This document shows positions 9,849 through 19,209 of a stretch of DNA of 64,000 nt, piece by piece. The notes under the pieces were generated by a model. It worked only from the letters and a program-made list of their open reading frames with translations, made no database searches and was not told where the DNA came from. The first letter of the stretch is position 1; the number at the start of each line of letters is the position of its first letter. This stretch comes from Candidatus Latescibacterota bacterium (lineage in GTDB: Bacteria; Latescibacterota; UBA2968). A program made the position numbers and the translations under genes. The stretch covers positions 1,440,001 through 1,504,000 of the forward strand of contig OZ242311.1 in assembly GCA_965207885.1 (NCBI GenBank), written 5' to 3'.

Positions 9849-10670
9849 AGCTCTGACAACACCAGGTACGTACTGCTCAAAGCCGTAATTTAGAGCGAAG
9901 AAAACAACAAAAAAGAGCTTTCGCTTTGACTCATAATCCACCCGCGGCCAGAAATCCTCCCCCAACGGCAATTGGTAGTGTTCAACCATATCCTCGGTAA
10001 ACTGCTTCCCGAACCTGCGATAAAACGTTGCGAAATCAGCAGCCGGATCGCTGATACTTATATCGCCGAAATCAATCACCCCAACAATCTTCGAGTGTGC
10101 CGCATCAATCAGGACATTGTTGGTACCAAAATCCGAATGGGCAATGACGTTCTGATAGGTGGCAGACGTGACTTTCGGTATTGCTCGTTGGAAGTAGTCT
10201 TCGGCTTTCTTCCGAACATGGCCTCGCAGATGCGGAGACACGGCTGGCCACAATTCTCCCCAGAAATCATTGCCCCCAAATGGAGCAGCCTTGATATGCT
10301 GGTGTTCGAATACAACAGCGTGAAGACAAGACAGAAAATTGCCCAAAACTTCTGCCGTAGTCTTTCTCTCCCTCTGACCGAGATTCTGAAATATCTTCTC
10401 AGAAAACTTGGCACCCTCTATCTTTTTGTAGGCTATGTAGTTGGTGCCCGAGTGGCGTATTTCCGGAATTGACAGAGGTGAGACTTTCTGGAAAAGGGGT
10501 AGAAAAGCCTGTTCAACAGCAAGCTGAGTATTTGAGAGATCCCGAACAAAGCGGAATATCCACTTCGCGTTTACTTCCAAAACCACATGCGTCCAGCCTT
10601 CATCCAACTGAATAATGGATTCGACAGGCTCAGTTAGCGCATTTCGAATGATTGATTCGTACGTCTGCAT
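9825..10670 (-). CDS. Aminoglycoside phosphotransferase (APH) family kinase
   Basis: Brenner-type HSDFGTNNVL and GVIDFGD..DPAADF. Confidence 0.88.
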   Translation of the reverse strand: MQTYESIIRNALTEPVESIIQLDEGWTHVVLEVNAKWIFRFVRDLSNTQLAVEQAFLPLFQKVSPLSIPEIRHSGTNYIAYKKIEGAKFSEKIFQNLGQRERKTTAEVLGNFLSCLHAVVFEHQHIKAAPFGGNDFWGELWPAVSPHLRGHVRKKAEDYFQRAIPKVTSATYQNVIAHSDFGTNNVLIDAAHSKIVGVIDFGDISISDPAADFATFYRRFGKQFTEDMVEHYQLPLGEDFWPRVDYESKRKLFFVVFFALNYGFEQYVPGVVRAIESQFVD

Positions 10671-10873
10671 GCGATTTAGCTGAAATGCGCGTAATCCCCA
10701 AGTCCTTCAGACTTGGGATGTAACGCGCTAAAATTTATGGGGCGGTGCTTTAGCCTGGGGCATATCGCGAATATGCGATATGGGTGGTGAATCAACCAGA
10801 CTATTCGAATAATTCTACATGACAATGTGCTATGTATTTATTAGATTGAACCTATACAATCTAACACAAGGGG

Positions 10874-11293
10874 TTGATCGTGAAGTTGAAAAGTCCTGAC
10901 ATGAAATATCACACCTCGCACAGTGCAGTTTTCAGTTGCCATTATCATGTTGTCTGGTGTACCAAATATCGACGCCAAGTGCTGTCTGTTGACATGCAAA
11001 CCCGACTGAAAGACTTATTGCTTGAGAAGCAGTGCGAATATGGCTATGAAGTGCAAGGTTGTGAAATCTTGTCTGATCATGTTCATTTGCTTCTTTCTGT
11101 TACGCCGTCAAAGCCAGTGAGTAGTGTTGTAGGCAGGCTCAAAGGCTATACGGCTCATATTCTGCGGTCTGAATATCCAGAACTTAAAAGCAGATTGCCG
11201 TCTTTGTGGACGCGGAGTAAGTTTGTAGCAACCGCTGGCGAAGTGACGCTTGGAGTTCTGAAACGCTACGTCGAAAATCAAAAGGGCGTATAG
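10874..11293 (+). CDS. tnpA: Y1 HUH transposase TnpA
   Basis: YHVVWCTKYRR, DHVHLL (HUH), LWTRS, catalytic YVENQ; true start may be ATG 10901. Confidence 0.95.
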   Translation: MIVKLKSPDMKYHTSHSAVFSCHYHVVWCTKYRRQVLSVDMQTRLKDLLLEKQCEYGYEVQGCEILSDHVHLLLSVTPSKPVSSVVGRLKGYTAHILRSEYPELKSRLPSLWTRSKFVATAGEVTLGVLKRYVENQKGV

Positions 11294-12396
11294 TGGACTA
11301 TATAACTTACAAATTCAAGCTGTATTCGGTGTGTGACCGCAACAAGTACCTGCACTATGAGATAGACGCTTTTGCGGGCGTGTATAACCACTTCATAGCT
11401 TTGCACAAGAGATACTATCAGCGTTTCAATAAGTATCCGAACAAGTATGCACTGAAGAAGCATCTGACAAAACTGAAAAAAACTGAGCGGTTTGGTCATT
11501 GGAGTGCGCTACCGTCTCAGGCATTGCAAGATGTGGTATTTCGCATAGATTTTGGCTACCAGAAGTTCTTTGCCAGAGACAACAAGCGACCGCCCACATT
11601 CAGGTCACGCTTTCGGTATCAGTCCTATACGCTGGCGCAGGCAGGCTACAAATTTCTTTCTGGTAACAAAGTGCGTATCGGCAAGCGTGTATTCAGATAC
11701 CATAAAAGCAGAAACTTCGATGTAGATAGTATCAAGACGGTCACAATCAAGCGTGACCGTGTAGGTGACTTGTGGCTATGTGTTGTTGCAAAGGCTGAAG
11801 GTATCAAGTCATTCATTGCCAAGAACGGTAAAACCGCAGGCTTTGACTTTGGCTTGAAAACATACCTGACAGCCTCAGACACCACACGAACACAATCGCC
11901 TTTGTTCTTTTCTCGCAACGCCAGACAGGTGAAAAAAGCCAACCGCAATCTGTCACGTAAGCAGAAAGGCAGCAACAACTGCCATAGCGCAAGAGTAAAC
12001 CTTGCCAGAATGCATCGGCGTGTTGCCTCAAAGCGCAGGGACTATCACTGGCAACTTGCCTACCATCTTTGCAGGCAATATGACGTAATGTGCTTTGAAA
12101 AGCTGAATATCAAAGCCATCCAACAGTTGTGGGGCAGAAAGATTAACGACCTGGGCTTTGCCGACTTCTTGACCATCCTCAAGTATGTCGCACAAAAGAC
12201 AGGCAAGACAGTTCGGCAACTCGACCAGTGGCTACCCACATCTAAGACATGCTCCGCATGTGGCATGTTACAAGAGAATCTTGAATTGCGAGAAAGAACA
12301 TTCCGCTGTGGCTGTGGTCTTGAAATAGATAGAGACCTCAACGCAGCGATAAACATTCACAGGTGGGGGCGTCCACCTCTGGCGGAGGCAGCGTAA
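11293..12396 (+). CDS. tnpB: RNA-guided endonuclease TnpB
   Basis: RuvC-I GFDFGLK, RuvC-II FEKLNI, zinc ribbon TSKTCSACG..RCGCG, RuvC-III DRDLNAAINI. Confidence 0.95.
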   Translation: MDYITYKFKLYSVCDRNKYLHYEIDAFAGVYNHFIALHKRYYQRFNKYPNKYALKKHLTKLKKTERFGHWSALPSQALQDVVFRIDFGYQKFFARDNKRPPTFRSRFRYQSYTLAQAGYKFLSGNKVRIGKRVFRYHKSRNFDVDSIKTVTIKRDRVGDLWLCVVAKAEGIKSFIAKNGKTAGFDFGLKTYLTASDTTRTQSPLFFSRNARQVKKANRNLSRKQKGSNNCHSARVNLARMHRRVASKRRDYHWQLAYHLCRQYDVMCFEKLNIKAIQQLWGRKINDLGFADFLTILKYVAQKTGKTVRQLDQWLPTSKTCSACGMLQENLELRERTFRCGCGLEIDRDLNAAINIHRWGRPPLAEAA

Positions 12397-12505
12397 GACC
12401 AGGCTTGAATAGCTGGCTACTGCCGTTGATACCACAATCCCTGCTGAAGCAACAAGAATCCCAATGCTTCAGCTTTGGGAGTACGTCAATCTCTCCACTT
12501 ATCGC
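12340..12505 (+). ncRNA. Predicted TnpB omega/reRNA (5' boundary approximate)
   Basis: Inferred from known TnpB biology: scaffold spans the tnpB 3' end and right end; guide is flanking DNA from 12490 (TCTCTCCACTTATCGC). Confidence 0.5.
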
Positions 12506-13220
12506 GCGGATAGGCATAGAAGTTAAATTCTCCTCTATTGAGCGCCTCATCGAATTGCACAAGAGCCTTGATTACCTTTTTTCGGGCATCTGCCATAAAC
12601 GGATTCAGCAATTGCGTCTCTCTGTATGTAGAAGGCGAGTTCGTTTTCAGGTGTTCAATCAATTGCAGGAGAAACCTGCCTGCTCCAGATGGTAACTTCT
12701 CGCGCTCGTCCTCCGGTAGATAGAGTTCAAGAGCCATCCCAATGAAATGCGCCATACCAGGACCTGTTCTGCGGTCTTCATCTTCTGCAGTCCTGGGAAT
12801 CAGCTTACAACCCATTCGCTTCAAACATGCTGCTATATTGGGATCCGCTTTTCCAAATAGTGGTATATTGCCTGGACCAAGATGCGACAGTCCAAACCTC
12901 TTTCGATTCAATATTGACAGTTCCTTATCTACAGCAAGTCGTGCTGTACAACAATCAATCACAACGCAATCAGATTTGGCATGCTCATTGATCTTCGGAA
13001 CCCACTTGCCAAGTGCCCAGATGGGAATAGCCAAAAAAATAACATCTGCCTCGGAAAGACTTTCAGTATTGTTGCTTGACTGCCGCGCTCTAACATCAAT
13101 CAGCTCAGAGCTTATATCGCGACTTGAAATAACCTCGACCTGAAATTGATCTGCGAATGCATTTACTGCCTGCTTTCCCATTCTGCCAAAACCGATTATG
13201 CAAAGTCTCTTCCTTGCCAT
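12486..13220 (-). CDS. Prephenate dehydrogenase-like NAD(P)-binding protein
   Basis: N-terminal IIGFGRMG Rossmann motif, DVIFLAIP, VIDCCT. Confidence 0.6.
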   Translation of the reverse strand: MARKRLCIIGFGRMGKQAVNAFADQFQVEVISSRDISSELIDVRARQSSNNTESLSEADVIFLAIPIWALGKWVPKINEHAKSDCVVIDCCTARLAVDKELSILNRKRFGLSHLGPGNIPLFGKADPNIAACLKRMGCKLIPRTAEDEDRRTGPGMAHFIGMALELYLPEDEREKLPSGAGRFLLQLIEHLKTNSPSTYRETQLLNPFMADARKKVIKALVQFDEALNRGEFNFYAYPRDKWRD

Positions 13221-13939
13221 TACAAATGACTTCCTTTATGTGAACTTCTGCTCGCCTGCTCGATCCAGTTGGGAAGATGCAAAACCAGATCATTCATTAT
13301 CCTCTCTGTATTTTCTACATAAATCTGCACATTGCCTTCATAAGCTTCGCCGCCTTCAGCCCCCACCAAATCTGTAACCCCGCGTAAAATGAGACATCTG
13401 ACCTTATTTCGGTTTGCTACCCAGGCAATTGCGCCCGATTCCCAATCCCCTGCTACTGCACCATATTTGGACTTCAAAACCGAAATATCTTCTGCCACCA
13501 GATCGCGGTCTGCTGATACCAGAACAGTTCTCAACACGGGATGGGGATATGGCTCACTTAACCACGAAAGATCAATCTCAGTTGTATAATCTCTGATCGC
13601 TTCCTCGGCATCCAACATCTGCTCGACAATATCATAGACAACCGTACGCTCAACCAGCACAATCGTATCCTTCTCAACCCCACTTTCAAATCCACCGCAA
13701 GTCCCCAAATTCACCACGAGATTTGGAGACCATTGATCAATAGCATATTGTGCTGATGATGCTGCCGAAATCTTACCCCATCCTCCGTGAAAAAATATGA
13801 CTGGCTGTTGCCCACCTTTAATGTCAAGGTGCGTCTCAAACCATTGTCCATAAGGAGATACTTGTAGGTCAGCATCGGGAAAAATTCTCTCGATAGCATC
13901 CCATTCAATATTGGCTGAAATGATCACAACAACAAACAT
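13220..13939 (-). CDS. MTA/SAH nucleosidase / PNP_UDP_1 family protein
   Basis: GGWGKISAA, VNLGTCGG, AGDWESGAIA, LRGVTD. Confidence 0.85.
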   Translation of the reverse strand: MFVVVIISANIEWDAIERIFPDADLQVSPYGQWFETHLDIKGGQQPVIFFHGGWGKISAASSAQYAIDQWSPNLVVNLGTCGGFESGVEKDTIVLVERTVVYDIVEQMLDAEEAIRDYTTEIDLSWLSEPYPHPVLRTVLVSADRDLVAEDISVLKSKYGAVAGDWESGAIAWVANRNKVRCLILRGVTDLVGAEGGEAYEGNVQIYVENTERIMNDLVLHLPNWIEQASRSSHKGSHL

Positions 13940-13940
13940 A

Positions 13941-14002
13941 GACTAAACTCTTGGGATAGCCTCGAAATAGTGAAGGCATCACTCTACAAATAGGGATTCA
14001 AT
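13941..14002. repeat. 62-bp imperfect direct repeat, copy 2; carries an APH-like 3' stump (IESLFVE*)
   Basis: 55/62 identical to 9787-9848. Confidence 0.9.
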
Positions 14003-14004
14003 TT

Positions 14005-14667
14005 TCAGTCTCCAACTTGTTTCCAAACATTGGCTGCATACATTAAGCCTATTTCAGGGCTGCTGAGGATTGGAACTGAAATTTCCGGGCACAAATTTGC
14101 GGCTCCCGCCATAGAGGCTTGTGCCAATACAATGACATCTCCTTCAGATGCTTTGTCTTTTATATTTCGGGCTATTTCACTAAAATATCCTTTGTGGTCT
14201 CCCTCCTCAAACCTGCTCCAAGCATTAGCACAAAAAACCTCAATAAGCTCAACGCGCTTTCGACGTGTTTTTGCGGTTTCAAAAATAAGGTCACGAGTTG
14301 GAGCGATTGTACTCTCAAGTGCGGCAGCAACAATAATTCGAGAACCTATTTCGACTGCTTTCTCAGCCATGGGTCTATCGATTCGAACAATAACACCATC
14401 TGTTAAATGATTTACTTTTTCCGCACTTGCTCCAATTGTAGAACATGTGCAGAGTATCACAGTTGCGCCTTTTTTTCTTTCGGAGAGGATACAATCCCGA
14501 ATACGTTCATCTAACTTTTGAGTGATTCCTTTGTCACGGGCCTCTGTCAGAAATTGCTCCTCTATAATATGTCTAACGGGTAATTCTAAAGAAGCTTCCT
14601 CTATAAGCCGATTGAAAGTATCGATATGCACCGGTGAAGTGTGAAGCAAAGCCAAATGGGATTGCAT
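14005..14667 (-). CDS. Aspartate/glutamate racemase superfamily protein
   Basis: LLHTS, ILCTCSTIG, RIDRPMA, DVIVLAQASMA, PILSSP; the longer ORF start lies inside the IS4 end. Confidence 0.8.
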   Translation of the reverse strand: MQSHLALLHTSPVHIDTFNRLIEEASLELPVRHIIEEQFLTEARDKGITQKLDERIRDCILSERKKGATVILCTCSTIGASAEKVNHLTDGVIVRIDRPMAEKAVEIGSRIIVAAALESTIAPTRDLIFETAKTRRKRVELIEVFCANAWSRFEEGDHKGYFSEIARNIKDKASEGDVIVLAQASMAGAANLCPEISVPILSSPEIGLMYAANVWKQVGD

Positions 14668-14699
14668 GAAATGACGCCCTTTCTCCGATAAATAGCGTT

Positions 14700-14727
14700 T
14701 TACCACAAAAATTTTACTAATATTGTG
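14700..14727. repeat. First half of a 54-bp repeat split by IS4 (continues 15934-15959)
   Basis: Rejoined sequence matches 22425-22478 at 44/54. Confidence 0.75.
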
Positions 14728-15924
14728 CATAGTACACGACAAAACCTAAATCGGGTTAAAATCTGGCGGATTAATCAGTAAACGAATGCATTTGAGGAAC
14801 TGCTGGGCTTGTTGGTGTATATTGAGCAGGACATACTGCAAATAGTCCAACCCATATCGGAAGAGACTTTTTTCCATCCGTCCGTGGTTTTTGACCTTCA
14901 AAGGTTTTGTAAGGGCGATCCATTCGCCGATGATATGGGCCCAGGTGCAGGCAATAGCCAAAAGCGCGATGAGTTTTTCAATGCGATCTTGATGTATAAG
15001 GTGGGTCTCTTCCAGATTAAATCCTCGACTTTTCAAATTTGCAAAAAGGACTTCAATGCCCCAACGTTTTTTATACACCTCCAATGCGACTTGACGTTGT
15101 TGGTTGCTTGCAAGAATGAGGTATTGATCCTTCAATCTTAGCGCAGACACATACACAGGTAGGTCATAAACGCGGCGAGGTCTTTGTAGGCTGACCTGCT
15201 GATGGATGTGCAAATTTTCAAAGAGTTTTTTTATGGGTATCTCTCTATCTGCCCTTGAGACAAGGGCATTTTCCTTGATGCGGATGACAAAAGGGATGTT
15301 TTGTGTGTCTAACCACGCAAACCATTCTCTTCCAATGAATTCTCTATCTGCCAATACAACGCGGATATGAGACTTGGGAATGCGCGTAAGCACCTGTTTC
15401 ATCAAATTGATACGCTCATCACTATTGGAATTGCCTCGTTTTTTTAACAAGTGCCAACACATAGGAAAGGCGACCCCTTCATAGATAATGCCTGCGGTTA
15501 GGATGTTGATATTGAATTTGCCTAACTTCCAATTAGTGCGATCTATTGAGACTGCAAAATCGGTCTTTATAGGTAATAAGTGCAAGATCAGTCGCGTCAC
15601 GGCTTCATAAGGAATGTCAAACTCAGCGAAAAAACGCTGTATCCTGCGGTAATTTGATTGCGGTTTGACCTGTCCATTTAGCGCATTAGCCAATTTGGCG
15701 AAGTTGACCCTGCTCAGCTTGACCAAAGACAAGATGAAGGCCGCTGTGAAAGTGATGCGTGCTTTATGCCACCCAAAATGGCCTTGCAATACATGGTGAA
15801 GTTGTATAACTTGACGAGACATAGACCTGTGCCTTGTTGAGATGAGAAGGTTCGTTTTCACACATTCAAACCTAACTCTTTTTCACGTTTTGCACAGGTC
15901 TTTTATTTTTTGTCGTGTACTTTA
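14728..15924 (-). mobile_element. IS4 family element (IS10 group, ISAba1-like), copy 1
   Basis: 17-bp TIRs CATAGTACACGACAAAA / TTTTGTCGTGTACTTTA; 9-bp target duplication AATATTGTG (14719-14727, 15925-15933). Confidence 0.93.
14746..15861 (-). CDS. IS4 family DDE transposase
   Basis: IDRTNWK, KRGNS, ADREFIG, YKKRWGIEVLF..LK (YREK signature). Confidence 0.95.
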   Translation of the reverse strand: MKTNLLISTRHRSMSRQVIQLHHVLQGHFGWHKARITFTAAFILSLVKLSRVNFAKLANALNGQVKPQSNYRRIQRFFAEFDIPYEAVTRLILHLLPIKTDFAVSIDRTNWKLGKFNINILTAGIIYEGVAFPMCWHLLKKRGNSNSDERINLMKQVLTRIPKSHIRVVLADREFIGREWFAWLDTQNIPFVIRIKENALVSRADREIPIKKLFENLHIHQQVSLQRPRRVYDLPVYVSALRLKDQYLILASNQQRQVALEVYKKRWGIEVLFANLKSRGFNLEETHLIHQDRIEKLIALLAIACTWAHIIGEWIALTKPLKVKNHGRMEKSLFRYGLDYLQYVLLNIHQQAQQFLKCIRLLINPPDFNPI

Positions 15925-15988
15925 AATATTGTGACAATCTTAGCGGCAAAATGGTTTCCATATCGCAGAAGTGGAAATAGACCATTGC

Positions 15989-16249
15989 TCAAACGGCTGT
16001 GGTCTGTCTAATTTCCCAACCGGGAAAAACGAGAACAGCCGGATGGCACTTCAACGCCCGAGCGAGCACCTTGGCGCGCTCAACACCAAGCCGGATGCGG
16101 TTATTTTCGATAGCCGAAATAGTCGATTGGGGAATACCTGTGCGCCTGGCAAGCTCATTTTGACTAAGTTCCTGAAGCTCTCGGATAATACGGACGGATT
16201 CTCCTACAGATACATCAATCTGTTTCTTGGCACGACGGTAATTTTCCAT
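15989..16249 (-). CDS. XRE/HigA-like HTH antitoxin (orphan)
   Basis: LSQNELARRTGIPQSTISAIEN helix-turn-helix; ATG 1 nt after the toxin-stump stop. Confidence 0.85.
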   Translation of the reverse strand: MENYRRAKKQIDVSVGESVRIIRELQELSQNELARRTGIPQSTISAIENNRIRLGVERAKVLARALKCHPAVLVFPGWEIRQTTAV

Positions 16250-16250
16250 T

Positions 16251-16298
16251 TCACTGTCTCCGGTAATCATGAGCGGTTAGACTTACAACCTGTATGTA
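16251..16298 (-). pseudogene. 3' stump of a HigB/RelE-like toxin gene
   Basis: Reads YIQVVSLTAHDYRRQ*, resembling from memory the C-terminus of toxins paired with this XRE family; starts right after the GNAT TAG. Confidence 0.65.
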
Positions 16299-17006
16299 CT
16301 ACGAAATATGAATATCCACACCATATAATTGTAATCCAAGCTTTTCTGCAACGCGTTGAGAGGCTTTATTGTCCCAGGAAGTACTATAAAGAGGAATACG
16401 ACCTTGTTCTCTAACCAGCCCAGCCCACCTTGCTACAACCTGTGCTGCATAACCCTTGCCCCGATGTGATAGTAAGGTATCTACTCCCGCTTCCTCTGCC
16501 TCCACTGATTTCCGCACACTCTGGCAAACCGATACCGCTTTGTCTCCCTCGACAATCGCCACAACAGGCTGGCAGTGATCCAATTCAGGAACCAGGTCGG
16601 AAAAACCAAATTCAAGGAGATATGCTGTATCCCGATCAATCTGCACGACCTCGGGGGAGACTCCAAGCGAGTCTGGAAATCGATAGGCGGGACCCATCCA
16701 TTGCCGATCCATTGTAATATGTGGTGTAAGCAGATCCTTCACTTTAGCCAGGTACGAGGGGCTTTCATATAAATTGTCAGACAGTGGTTGAGCCTGGATG
16801 ATCGTCTGGACTCGCTGACAGAGCGCTTCTGGTATGTCATAGCGAAAACGCACGATCGAACCGCAACGAGTTCGTCCAATGAAAACAACAGGGGCAGGAT
16901 GGTCCTCTGGTCGAAACGGTTCATTTATGAAACGGAGACGTTCATCATTATCATGAACAAAGAGCGTATCAACCTGAATTTTCATGAGTAATAAGTCAGA
17001 AATCAT
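16299..17006 (-). CDS. GNAT family N-acetyltransferase
   Basis: GVDT...HRGKGYA, YSTSWDNKASQRVAEKLG. Confidence 0.88.
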   Translation of the reverse strand: MISDLLLMKIQVDTLFVHDNDERLRFINEPFRPEDHPAPVVFIGRTRCGSIVRFRYDIPEALCQRVQTIIQAQPLSDNLYESPSYLAKVKDLLTPHITMDRQWMGPAYRFPDSLGVSPEVVQIDRDTAYLLEFGFSDLVPELDHCQPVVAIVEGDKAVSVCQSVRKSVEAEEAGVDTLLSHRGKGYAAQVVARWAGLVREQGRIPLYSTSWDNKASQRVAEKLGLQLYGVDIHIS

Positions 17007-17437
17007 AGATTTGAGTCACGCGATCGTATCAGAGTATCTACCCCGTATTTTCCTGAGCCGATAACCACGAACATCCCTGTAATAACCAGGTACAGAAATG
17101 CCATCTCCTTCGTGCTGAATGGATCCGCTGCGTGTTGTAAGAACCCGGCCACCAGCATGGTCGAGCATATCAAAAACGCCCCTGGTCGCGTGAGTAATCC
17201 CAGTGCCAACAATAGCCCGCCGCCAAACTCCGAAAAGGCTGCCATCCAGGCAAAAAACTCGGGCAAGGGAAACCCCAAATTTTCTATAACGGCCACAAAC
17301 CGCTCGGAAGGTGGGATCTTCCCCAATCCATGTCCCAATGCCATACTCAACCCTACAAACACCCTGAGAATCGCCAGCCCGACATTTGCCGGGATCGACT
17401 CAATAACCGCTCCGCCAAATACAAGTCGCTTAATCAT
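17003..17437 (-). CDS. DoxX family membrane protein
   Basis: LRVFVG...HG..K, EFGGGLLLALGLLTR, GSGKYGVD. Confidence 0.92.
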   Translation of the reverse strand: MIKRLVFGGAVIESIPANVGLAILRVFVGLSMALGHGLGKIPPSERFVAVIENLGFPLPEFFAWMAAFSEFGGGLLLALGLLTRPGAFLICSTMLVAGFLQHAADPFSTKEMAFLYLVITGMFVVIGSGKYGVDTLIRSRDSNL

Positions 17438-17475
17438 AAAACCACCTCCATATTAAGGTTTACAGATGTCGTCAT

Positions 17476-18219
17476 TTACTCAGATAGTTCAACAGCATCT
17501 CTGAAAATCGCTGCTGTGGTCGATATGACCTCATCCCAAAGCCTGCGTCCCAACTCGGCACTCGCTCGGGTCGCGTCGCCAATGACACCAGTATCTGAGT
17601 ATTTTGTGAAATCGAGATGCGGATCATCCCAATTCACTTCTCTTGAACTGGAAGAAGGGATACTTTCGAATCTAACCGTGTCCGGACGTTGATACAGGGC
17701 AATTGAAGTCGTAAAACTATCGGCGTGACCGCCAGGAACGCTGGGATCGGCTACACGGCACCAGATGTCGTGATATGGCAGGGGTGGAAGACAAGCCTTG
17801 CATCCCGGTTGGAATTTCGCGTTGAACCTGTCCACCGCCTCCTGCAGTCGATGCTCACCGCAGCCGCGCCAGACAACAATAGTGCCGAGACCCTGCTCTG
17901 CCAGCGATTCAAGGACAAAATAGACACACGCTTCATGAACAACGTGCGGGATGTTGACATATCCCGAGCCAAACCCCCGATGTTCGGGCGTGGGACCAAA
18001 TGGCATGGCTGGCAAAACCAGAGCACGTACATCGTGACAGCGTGCCGCATGCTTTGCAGCCTCCAACGCAACGGCTTCCGCAAACCATGTGTCGAAATCT
18101 ACTGACAAATGCGGACCCTGTTGCTCGGTACATCCTGTGGGTACAATCGCCAGGCATCCGGCATCAACCAGATCCTTGATTTCTAAGTACGTATAATCAG
18201 TAAATTTATGGGATTTCAT
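17476..18219 (-). CDS. Creatininase family amidohydrolase
   Basis: PTGCTEQQGPHL..D, G..PEH..F, GGHAD, GVIGD. Confidence 0.88.
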   Translation of the reverse strand: MKSHKFTDYTYLEIKDLVDAGCLAIVPTGCTEQQGPHLSVDFDTWFAEAVALEAAKHAARCHDVRALVLPAMPFGPTPEHRGFGSGYVNIPHVVHEACVYFVLESLAEQGLGTIVVWRGCGEHRLQEAVDRFNAKFQPGCKACLPPLPYHDIWCRVADPSVPGGHADSFTTSIALYQRPDTVRFESIPSSSSREVNWDDPHLDFTKYSDTGVIGDATRASAELGRRLWDEVISTTAAIFRDAVELSE

Positions 18220-18664
18220 TTTGACTCTTCCACACATTAACCAAATCAATAGCAGAAGGACCTGTTTGCACCTTGTAATAGGTCCTCGTCTTGTCCGCGA
18301 AGTAATCCTTGATGCGTTCGACCTGCTTTGGGGACGTGTTGCTCGGGATACGATCTAAATGAAAATACTCAATCTGATCCGCCTCATCGGTGAGTTGAAT
18401 TGTGCCCCCTGTAACCTGGCAAAAAAATGACAACACGATCTCATTCTTATCTGTTTTACTGTACACCCCACTGAGATGGACGGGCACAGCTTTCAAACCC
18501 GTTTCTTCTTCTATCTCTCGCACCAGAGCAGCCCACGGACTCTCGCCTGCCTCAACGCCACCACCCGGTAAATTCCACAAATCGAAGTCGCGTCGGTGGC
18601 ACAACAAGACGCGGTCTTTGTCATCGGTAATAATCCCAAAAACTCCGATAGTGAACACGGTCAA
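18206..18664 (-). CDS. NUDIX hydrolase
   Basis: LPGGGVEAGESPWAALVREIEEETGL Nudix box. Confidence 0.93.
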   Translation of the reverse strand: MTVFTIGVFGIITDDKDRVLLCHRRDFDLWNLPGGGVEAGESPWAALVREIEEETGLKAVPVHLSGVYSKTDKNEIVLSFFCQVTGGTIQLTDEADQIEYFHLDRIPSNTSPKQVERIKDYFADKTRTYYKVQTGPSAIDLVNVWKSQNEIP

Positions 18665-19209
18665 AACCCTCTTTTGATATATCGAACATATCCCAACTCT
18701 GCCTCGGAGATATCCAACCCGTCGAGTTCACCTATTGGGACAAATGTCGCGTCCTCCTCATAGTCATCATCGCACATCAAATCTGGCACATGTTTGGAAG
18801 CGCGGGCGGTATAAATAATTTGAAAAAAGTGAGGGAGATATGGGAACTGGAATCCAGGCGGCTTCGGCTTGAGATGTTCCAGATGGATGAACCCCAGGCG
18901 TGAGATAGATTCAACCGTCCAGCCTGTCTCTTCAATAACTTCACGGCGAAGTGTTTGTTCGAAAGTCTCTCCCTCCTCGCGACGACCGCCCGGCAAAATG
19001 TGATTGCCCTTACGGTTCCTGAGTACGAGAACAGAATCATTCTGGAAAACGAGACATCGAACAGAAGTTACAAACTGCTCTGATGGCTGTTCATCGGAAC
19101 AAAAATAACGCACGCGCAAAGGCATCGTCCCATTTGCCCACAGAGCCTCTGTCTCGTGAAAAGGAGTCTTACCCTTCAAAAACGTCTGTATATCTCCGTT
19201 ATGATTCAA
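18661..19209 (-). CDS. NUDIX hydrolase
   Basis: LPGGRREEGETFEQTLRREVIEETGW Nudix box. Confidence 0.92.
   Translation of the reverse strand: MNHNGDIQTFLKGKTPFHETEALWANGTMPLRVRYFCSDEQPSEQFVTSVRCLVFQNDSVLVLRNRKGNHILPGGRREEGETFEQTLRREVIEETGWTVESISRLGFIHLEHLKPKPPGFQFPYLPHFFQIIYTARASKHVPDLMCDDDYEEDATFVPIGELDGLDISEAELGYVRYIKRGF

Larger units (their letters stand above)
10680..12489 (+). mobile_element. IS200/IS605 family element, IS605 group (tnpA+tnpB), complete
   Basis: Left hairpin CCCAAGTC-cttca-GACTTGGG preceded by AATC; right hairpin CCCAATGC-ttca-GCTTTGGG preceded by GAAT; ends in TCAA; inserted 3' of TTAG; no target duplication. Confidence 0.9.

Noticed and set aside
10680-12489. Cas12f/CRISPR system or IStron
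   Set aside because: No repeat-spacer array or cas1/cas2, tnpA is adjacent, and there is no room for a group I intron at the left end
16251-16301. Programmed TAG read-through or pyrrolysine extension of the GNAT
   Set aside because: The in-frame tail is better explained as a toxin stump, and there is no recoding evidence in the window
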